In this document: one piece after another, positions 27,401 through 33,198 of the stretch
Position numbering within the stretch: position 1 is the stretch's first letter
How the letters are laid out: each line of letters begins with the position of its first letter
NCBI GenBank assembly: GCA_029855935.1
Contig: JAGSHN010000027.1
Location: 32,001-96,000, forward strand
Direction: 5' to 3'
Length of the DNA: 64,000 nt
Source of the DNA: Candidatus Thorarchaeota archaeon
Lineage (GTDB): Archaea > Asgardarchaeota > Thorarchaeia > Thorarchaeales > Thorarchaeaceae
Made by a program: the position numbers and the translations under genes
Notes under the pieces: model-generated
Seen by the model: only the letters and a program-made list of their open reading frames with translations
Databases searched by the model: none
Told to the model about the DNA's origin: nothing

Positions 27401-30120
27401 ATGCTGAAGCCTCGCCTGAAGTACCCAACATTATGGATCTCTCCTGCGGACGCGCTGTCGTTGACGAAGGCCTGGACCTCCCACGGGCCAACTGAGGCGT
27501 TGTAGGCTCCCAGAGTCACGGTGTCCGTCACCGCATATCCGTTCGAGTCAACCGTTGCAACCATTGAAGTCCACGGATTTCCGAGCGGGTCGTATATCGT
27601 GAAGCCAACAATGTCGTTGGCGTAGGCTGGGGACAGCGTGGCTCTGAACCGTGTGACATCATTGGCACGAAACGTCCTGGTGCGCACCCACGCCGAACCG
27701 TCCCAGACCTCAAGGTCGCTTATCATATTCGGTGACCAGCCCTTCAGATACCAGAAGCCGTTCTGAGCGGTGGTGGTCACCTCGAAGGCTGACACATTCA
27801 GAAGCCCATCTCCCGGGTCTCCATAGCTCCATCCATACGTCAGGTTCGTGTATCTGTCAGTGGGCTGCCCCACGTGATCGATGTCACGGTTGAGCGGAAT
27901 TGACACGTTGAAGAAGAACTTGGGCTCATAACCACCGGGAACAGCTGCGTAGTGGTTTGTTTCCCAGCGGACCGCCGTAGCATTCTCGACGTAGTAGCTG
28001 TCACCCGATGCGAAGTTGGCTGTGTTGTAGACCGTATCGAGGCCATACCTGCGAGCATATGCCGTTACACTCGCATCCATTGTAACCCGAACCTCAAGAT
28101 TCGGGACCGGAGGCAGTGGGACCGGGGTCCACGTGAAGTTCGCATAGGCCTTACCCTTGGTCCACGGCGTCGGTGGACGATACGTGACAACGCCCTCGCC
28201 ATACACCGGGGTCGAGCCCTGCATCACGTTCTGAACAGGAACTCCGTCCATCGTCAGGTTGACCTGCTCTGGAGTGGCCTTGGCCTTGATGTACAGGACT
28301 ATGTTGTCGAACCGACCCTCGGGCAAGATATCATTATATCGATACCACTCCTTTTGTGTGACCCTCAGGCCTATCATCAGGGGAACGTTCGGCAGCGACA
28401 GGGATGTGTAGTCCACCGGCACCAAGCCCGTGGAGTACCACGTGTTATCATCAGCGATGTAGTCGAACTTGGAACTCCAGAGATAGGAGCCGCCGTAGTC
28501 GGGATCGCCGACAGAGACGAAGAGCTCGAAGAAGCCGGTCATATACGATCCCCATCCGCGGCAGTCAGCATAGTAATCGAGCATGAGGCCGGCCCACGTG
28601 ACCTCCCCACGATTGATTGTCAGATCCTGTCGGACGTACGCCTTCTCACCCGGGCTATACCAGAAGCCGTACAGGCCAGAGACCGGGTCGGAGTGATAGT
28701 ATCCTCCAATCTGAGCGATGATCGCCCCGTCTCCAGCGGCGTGTCCATTCGGGGACCAGGTGATAGACGTGCGAGATGTGCCATCGCGTTCGACTGTATA
28801 CACGTAGCCACTGGCGTTCACGGCAACTCCATAGATGAATCTGAACTGGGCGTTTCCTGTGCCATCGCCACCCCAACGTCCCGAGTACGAACCAGTCTGT
28901 GTAAAGTACTGCACACGGTCGTTGCCCATGTCAGCCACGTAGATGGTACCATCAGAGGCAACATCAACGTCAGCAGGATCTCGGAAGGACCCTGCCGATC
29001 CACTACCAGCGAAGCTTCCGCCCGAACCGACAAGGCTGAGGTAGGTCCCCTGATAATTGAACCTCTGAACCCTGTTGTATGTGCTGTCGACAACAATTAC
29101 CTCATCATTGTTTGGATTGACGCCAATTCCCGTTGGGGCGTTGAACTGACCAGTACCAGTCCCCTGAGAGCCCCAAGAGCCTACAAAGTTGTAGTTAGAG
29201 TCAAAGTACTGGACACGGTCATTGCCCATGTCCGTGACATAGATGTATCCGTTGACGCTACCTACCGCCACGTCAACCGGACCGTGGAATTGACCGTTGC
29301 CCGTACCGGGACTGCCAAATTCTGCAATGAAACTACCAGAGGAGTCGAAGACTTGGATTCTGTCGTTACCGTGGTCCACAACATACACGTGGCCCGAGGA
29401 GTCCACATCGATGCCGAGCGGTCTGTCGAACTGACCCTGACCTGTGCCGAATGATCCCCACTGTGTGACGAAGTTTCCTGAGGCATCAAAGACCTGAATG
29501 CGATGGTTGTCAGTGTCCGCGACGTACACATACCCAGAGGAGTTGATTGATATGCCCCACGGATTGAGGAACTGTGAGGAGGAGGATCCGCGGGATCCCC
29601 ACTGACCCTGATAGTTGCCCGTAGAGGTGAAGAACTGAACACGGCTGTTGCCCTGAAAGCCGCTCACTGTCCGGTTTGTCCGGAAGGTCCAGTCGTCCTC
29701 GTTGGCGAACCCGTAGTTGACCACCCAGCTCCTGTTCTCCGCTATGTTGCTCACTCTCGACGTGACCTGATACGACTCCCAACCAGAGCCCACGGGGACT
29801 GTCCGCACGGCTGTACTTCTCGCCTGCGTGCTCGGGTCGTAGACCATACCAATGTCCGAGAAGACATCTGTCCGATTACCGTACTCGGCCACGGACAGAG
29901 GGTCCCCTACGCCTGTCACCGAGGTGGGCGCCGTTGAGATCACGTATTTGTAGAGGACCTCATCAGGACCTACCTCCACATACTGACCATCTCCGACCTC
30001 GACCATTCTTGGTCCGGCAGAACTCTGCTGGCTGGCAGGCGGGAGGGGCATGCTTGTCAGGACCGACAACACAAGGGGCACGAATACCAGCACCAGGCTC
30101 AGGCTCCGAACTCTCTTCAT
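21436..30120 (-). CDS. Giant single-pass cell-surface glycoprotein B: paralog of A with an inserted 6-bladed NHL beta-propeller
   Basis: ATG 30120 (MKRVRSLSLVLVFV signal peptide, GGAGG SD); NHL repeats; about 17 Ig-like modules; TM LAAAILVLSGLAALYI; stop overlaps the start of gene A. Confidence 0.9.
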   Translation of the reverse strand: MKRVRSLSLVLVFVPLVLSVLTSMPLPPASQQSSAGPRMVEVGDGQYVEVGPDEVLYKYVISTAPTSVTGVGDPLSVAEYGNRTDVFSDIGMVYDPSTQARSTAVRTVPVGSGWESYQVTSRVSNIAENRSWVVNYGFANEDDWTFRTNRTVSGFQGNSRVQFFTSTGNYQGQWGSRGSSSSQFLNPWGISINSSGYVYVADTDNHRIQVFDASGNFVTQWGSFGTGQGQFDRPLGIDVDSSGHVYVVDHGNDRIQVFDSSGSFIAEFGSPGTGNGQFHGPVDVAVGSVNGYIYVTDMGNDRVQYFDSNYNFVGSWGSQGTGTGQFNAPTGIGVNPNNDEVIVVDSTYNRVQRFNYQGTYLSLVGSGGSFAGSGSAGSFRDPADVDVASDGTIYVADMGNDRVQYFTQTGSYSGRWGGDGTGNAQFRFIYGVAVNASGYVYTVERDGTSRTSITWSPNGHAAGDGAIIAQIGGYYHSDPVSGLYGFWYSPGEKAYVRQDLTINRGEVTWAGLMLDYYADCRGWGSYMTGFFELFVSVGDPDYGGSYLWSSKFDYIADDNTWYSTGLVPVDYTSLSLPNVPLMIGLRVTQKEWYRYNDILPEGRFDNIVLYIKAKATPEQVNLTMDGVPVQNVMQGSTPVYGEGVVTYRPPTPWTKGKAYANFTWTPVPLPPVPNLEVRVTMDASVTAYARRYGLDTVYNTANFASGDSYYVENATAVRWETNHYAAVPGGYEPKFFFNVSIPLNRDIDHVGQPTDRYTNLTYGWSYGDPGDGLLNVSAFEVTTTAQNGFWYLKGWSPNMISDLEVWDGSAWVRTRTFRANDVTRFRATLSPAYANDIVGFTIYDPLGNPWTSMVATVDSNGYAVTDTVTLGAYNASVGPWEVQAFVNDSASAGEIHNVGYFRRGFSIQHGTVMSVTYPVEGRTTWSVNVTYGDVVLLQVRVNDSDNGELLPEGVMAYSWAAGSGTMNDLGTGEYNIALNTSLLASNGQYDVALQWTKGYYDSVSATFTINVIYLSDLLSPDAPGIDVPKGYSADLTLYYEDQRSNGITGATITCNWTLGTYTVTPQAGNPGYYTLSLDTSTAPLATYVVQITASKDFVERRTIELSVQVRELFTSASPSTSHLSLPVGYVASFTVTYRDTDHNLPISGAESAFTLNWTGSHGHYTVVETSTPGEYNISIYSVDTDTLGLYTVQVDVEQGGVQNHTFYIELELRTHLTSLYLVNPVEPTPYTGTIEIRVMYWDVDAEVGIENGSATGYYVYIYAVADIPSLPYTVTNGSAPGEYLVLIPADSWGSIGGKNVTIHANWTGPTEKYTNETLYLDEVAVVVTATPAELFIGVNPVMTPYDENITFSLVYYDVGAQTGIVNSTGSYAGNVHITVTVLTPGQSLDQSKMMIYEVDPDNQPGEYWFEFDSAFLSGPISCDLEVWFNWTKGALPLYENKTLIVTVRATQRQTTVEWTPLPVTPYDELVNLTLTYRDSLTGAPILNSSSLHIEIVEAVTYTLYYGGDATGEFYLEIDTSSWAPGTRVFHINITWVGTPYYQNRTSVEVPITVRYRHTELVHGSYTSVQFAANLTLLFTYRDLDDYSTAGMNGGNLTLDSWLKDYYSVEDNADGTYTLVLNTSAFGQLGTYLINVSITYGGTRYCENATDSFYLTVVQRRTQLTSELPGPAPYLTQANVTVFYFDDTTNVGIAGASIYASCTTAATGLQLGVNYWVDYLGSGRYRVRISTQALGNFGSYTIDIVANYTGQPYYLERTLSVAIEVSRRPLHLSVVRSPLNTPFLNNVTFVVAATDGLDGSSVTLSKDVLLLFHGASHIPLSAGDYALSLTATGYRISLNSTILTSVLVEGHPIEVQFYWGDTAPYYSNSTTTTEATITGRPSQVAVVSTPPADIMYNATALIEFADYDTSAGIPGATVTVKCLNVTPIQSWVLDLGGGIYEIRVNTSTFGSTGRYHFVFNITSTGSPFYQNKTNVFFSVIVNPVSTSLEVTVPAGVTYYSGDTVILNVNFTNVLTGLGIESATVVTDWTSLYGTSSSIAEVGNGIYHLTIDTSGLTAGVYEFHVNASRHLHYNKTVTADFALSPVPVDLDVTFSPVSIIYGDLVTFNVTLSDLRDASPVTGASVTLKMVGDIYVLTEVGGGLYQVTIRTKLYSAGDYRLTFHSELTNYETRDVDIDIRIGKVPASLVVSIGQSTLTLGQTTELLAYYTVAANGSSIPVGSISFSWAGGSGYLVWNVTTARYEGLLSVPDVPVGSYQLTFQATSTNYGSASSSISIEVREASTELLAFEGITSLSVTYGDTFNLTVYYNNTDLGVPVTEANVTYRIADIEGQMQPATQPGYYTAIVPTANLDVRGWVVTVTASKAAHTPATTQLVVTVLRIPTRIDVLGSGQVEVYYGRNATFRLLFWDTHNDVGVTNATAIYEIGLTQGQLVDLHNGTYVLTINSTIQPASPLAYDIFLAFSRDRYESAFSSVRLVVRPIPTEIRGTTTVDFPVGDDYTVVFTLWDTLNDRPVTNCTAAAIWEFGAVSLVPMGNGSYAFGPEATGIERLEVRSTPYAIRVTMTRGNYSVAEIRSSMTIRLIHTELRVASHPSTFYEGEEFTVTVTYWDLDHDRPLPGAVNSTEGTTLELVSDLNRDLGNGTYVFGFVGPGLNTYEIHIRLSVSDHEAAEYTAVVYTVMTPERQALFTSFGYLAAAILVLSGLAALYIKVLSVPPLVRKIRHMESVLRKGGVPTAAPVRDRRTMILDMMNESVEPVNITKTDEDVAPSTVDVSALDVEALLAELAELVGLTESDIDTLRADLDQMRPSERAGFLREVIRQERARRAKEVAAAPEVEEAAPPEAARALTEEELEQLRQELLGLGIEPDEVDLIVEQAKALTKAEIDALLRQLKGEEE
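28781..29650 (-). repeat. Six NHL repeats (beta-propeller) within giant protein B
   Basis: Six units of about 47 aa: G..G.G.GQF..P.G+.V...G.+YV.D..N.R+Q.F. Confidence 0.92.
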
Positions 30121-30578
30121 CTGACAACCTCCGGGTCGCGCACGCTCGACCTTCGGTATGCCCACAAGGGGCCTCCGCGGTTAGACAATCTTCAACCCGC
30201 CAATCCGCCCTAAAAAAGGTGCTGCGCGACAGATGGTTCACAAAACAGTCAGGATTGACAAAAAATCGAAACTCTGTGGTGGGCCTGGGAGCATTGCCCA
30301 GAGCAGTGAACGTAGCCGCAGCTTCAATCCACAGACCGGGGGCAGATTCTTCTCGCAATCATCGGCGTGGCGCCCAGTGCGCGACGGCTCCCAGCAACTA
30401 GTCAGGTCATTCGAATAATGTTAGTCTCGATTCCCGGACGGGGGGTTCGAAAAATACTGGGACGTAGAAACCGTCGTGGAGGGCCCACTGATGTATTCTG
30501 GCGATAGGCCGACGTATGGACTGGGCTCACGCCGAATCTCAGGTCAATCTTCTCAGACGCCCTGATGACGCCTAGAAG

Positions 30579-32756
30579 CTATGAGGATGGATGTCTACGT
30601 TTTCGCATCACAACAACCAAGACAGCAACGAGGGCAATCGTCCCGGCCGCAGCCGCCACTGGCAAGAGCGGCAGGGGTGAAGGACCCCCAGTTTCGGTGA
30701 CAGACAGGAGGGTCAGAGTGGTGCTGGCCGTGTTCAGGCCCCAGTCCTGAACGTATACGGCAAGAGTCACGAGGTGTGCGGTGGTCGGGACGGCAGGGAG
30801 CAGGCCCGTCCAGAGGGTACCATTGAACGAGAGATCAATCGTGGAGCCTGTCCCATCGATGTCAATCACTGCTTGCACACTGTAGACGCCTGAGAAGTCG
30901 TCATGGGTTGAAACATCAATCTCGGCGCCGTCGTAGAGGTTCGAGATGTTGACCACGATGTCCTCGATCACTGGCGGAGCGGTGTCCACTTTGGAGAAGT
31001 AGAGACGACGAATCCAATGCTTCGCCTTGAGCAACGTGCTGTAGGCGCCCTTCCAGTCCATCCGGTTGAGCTGGCCCAGCGCCTGCAACAGCAGTTCTTC
31101 CGCTCTGTCACGTGCAGTTGCTGTCTCTGGGCGCGGGTTATCACCGATACTGGCCACCTCCTCTGAGAGGTCGCTGGCCACACTCACGTACATCTGATCC
31201 GTGTAGGTGCCCTGTGCCCAGTTCTGCTCGAACGACGAGGTGCCGTTGTGAAATGAGTAATACCCCATCGGTCCATAGTAGAAGTCAGCCGCATAGTGGT
31301 GTACACTCCACGAGTGGCCGAAGCCAATCGCGTGCATGGTCTCGTGAAGCTGTATCGCCGAGACTCCCGCCTTGGGAGTCACGCCGTCAGGGAGATAGTA
31401 TCGCTCCCAAGACTTCCAGATCACAGTCTGACCACCCCCGCCAAGCCCGGTGAAAGTCCTGTTCCCATAGACCATTACCATCTTCTTCTTGATGAATACG
31501 ACCGAGAACACGTTGACATCATACAGCTCCGAGATGTAGTTGGGGCGCATGGTCTGATAGATTGCATTGAAGAGTCCCGCACCATCAACGTAGGTCGTAC
31601 CATCGTCAACCCAGGCGAATTGCCAGAAGAGATTCTTCCACGCGGGATAGTCGTCGATGTCAAGATATTCGACACTGACGTCCCAGTCGATGAACGGTAT
31701 CAGCTCATTCAGGTGAGCAAGCTGTAGGTCGGCACTGGTCACCCACTCGAGGCTCTCTACGCTCACGCCAGCGGCCACATCCATACAGAACACCAGGCAC
31801 TTGACCCGCCCAGATTCAGCATAGGAGGTTGGAATGTGCTGACCTGGAAAGAAGAGATAGGTGACTGGATCGTAGATGTATTCTTGGAGATACGAGTTGA
31901 GCACGATTCTATCGTCCTGCTGCGTCAGGTTGAGGGTCGAGACCAGCTCGTCCATATCATAGAAGGTGTACTGCGGATCGTCATCATATGGGGCCTCGCC
32001 CCACCACACACGGGCCCAGCGGAGGTACCACTGGTCGGCCGTCGGATCAATCACATAGATGTTCCCCCGCCCGCCGAAGCCAGCAGAGTCGAATTTGACC
32101 CCGGTGTTCAGCTCGTTGTCCCACTCCAGTCTGAAGAAGTCCTGAGTCCGGCCGGAGTCCGGATCGACTGGATGATAGTCATACCAGTGCTCAAAGGAGT
32201 GGTCGGGGGAATCGAACTCGCTGAAGTTGAACACGTAGAGGACATATCCCATGGCTGGTGGCGTGACGGCTGGATTCTCCAGTAGCCAGTCCTCGACAGC
32301 ATCGCCATCGATAGCCCGTCCTGCTCGGGGATAGAATATTCTCTGCGGCTCGTCAGGATGAGCCTTCTGATACTCCAGAGCTGTCTCGTTGAGAGCTGAG
32401 CCGATGTCATCACCTGTGATAGAGTTGGCGAGCATCACGTCCCGGAGTCGCTCGGCGTAGCTCTGGTTGGCAAAATGGAAACGGTACTCGATATCGTAGT
32501 GGATCCACGCGATGGTGGTGGTGTAGTCACGCTCGGTGGGAAGACCTACCCTGACCAGAGATGTGTCGATGACATCCGGATCGAAGTTTACGAACACTAT
32601 GTCGGTCACCCAGCTGTGAGAGATAGGGCCATCTTGTAGATCATTGAACCCTCCCGCAGATGGAAACTTGGGGCAGAGCTGCGACAACCCAGGTGGGGGC
32701 AACATAAGAATCAGACTGATGATGATCAACACAGACCAGCGGCGCATACACGCCAC
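30579..32756 (-). CDS. Membrane-anchored extracellular zinc metallopeptidase (metzincin-like)
   Basis: Signal peptide; HETMHAIGFGH (HExxHxxGxxH) followed by a Met-turn-like GPMGY; DTAPP Ig-like domain; C-terminal TM plus RKRR. Alternative start ATG 32747. Confidence 0.8.
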   Translation of the reverse strand: MACMRRWSVLIIISLILMLPPPGLSQLCPKFPSAGGFNDLQDGPISHSWVTDIVFVNFDPDVIDTSLVRVGLPTERDYTTTIAWIHYDIEYRFHFANQSYAERLRDVMLANSITGDDIGSALNETALEYQKAHPDEPQRIFYPRAGRAIDGDAVEDWLLENPAVTPPAMGYVLYVFNFSEFDSPDHSFEHWYDYHPVDPDSGRTQDFFRLEWDNELNTGVKFDSAGFGGRGNIYVIDPTADQWYLRWARVWWGEAPYDDDPQYTFYDMDELVSTLNLTQQDDRIVLNSYLQEYIYDPVTYLFFPGQHIPTSYAESGRVKCLVFCMDVAAGVSVESLEWVTSADLQLAHLNELIPFIDWDVSVEYLDIDDYPAWKNLFWQFAWVDDGTTYVDGAGLFNAIYQTMRPNYISELYDVNVFSVVFIKKKMVMVYGNRTFTGLGGGGQTVIWKSWERYYLPDGVTPKAGVSAIQLHETMHAIGFGHSWSVHHYAADFYYGPMGYYSFHNGTSSFEQNWAQGTYTDQMYVSVASDLSEEVASIGDNPRPETATARDRAEELLLQALGQLNRMDWKGAYSTLLKAKHWIRRLYFSKVDTAPPVIEDIVVNISNLYDGAEIDVSTHDDFSGVYSVQAVIDIDGTGSTIDLSFNGTLWTGLLPAVPTTAHLVTLAVYVQDWGLNTASTTLTLLSVTETGGPSPLPLLPVAAAAGTIALVAVLVVVMRKRRHPSS

Positions 32757-33198
32757 AGAGCAGGAAATGTATATTACTTAATCGACGCGAGCTGGACCAG
32801 TATATCAGAAAAAAGTACTACATAAATAGACATATTAGGAGAGCCGTCGAGGTTGTTTCAGGCGTCGGCTCCAAAGAACCGCGACACTACAAGGGTAACC
32901 AAGAAACGATAGGGACCTTGCATTGAATCCAACGAAATACCGAGTCCGCCGACGCAACCCTTCTCCTTTATTGTCTACCGAAGTCACTCTGGCTGTCGCA
33001 CGTGTAGGGCAATGATTCCGGTGGCAGGGCCTAGCAGTGCCAAGAGAGTCAGACTAAAATGTGATGGTTGCGCGCTTCAGAGGGAGCCGCAGACCGACTG
33101 TGACGTCGTGGCGCCAGCGCCAGTCTTCTGATGCGACGAAGCGGGCGCTACACAGCTCACGATTGATGAACGGACGCAGTGTGAGGTAGGTATCAGAT

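Noticed and set aside
27952-29454. 500-aa plus-strand ORF
   Set aside because: Antisense shadow of the NHL/head region of giant protein B; no recognisable motifs. Long antisense ORFs are expected with this codon bias.
30427-30455. GGTTCGA and TCGATTCCC, resembling tRNA T-arm fragments
   Set aside because: No acceptor stem, D-arm or anticodon arm could be built around them.
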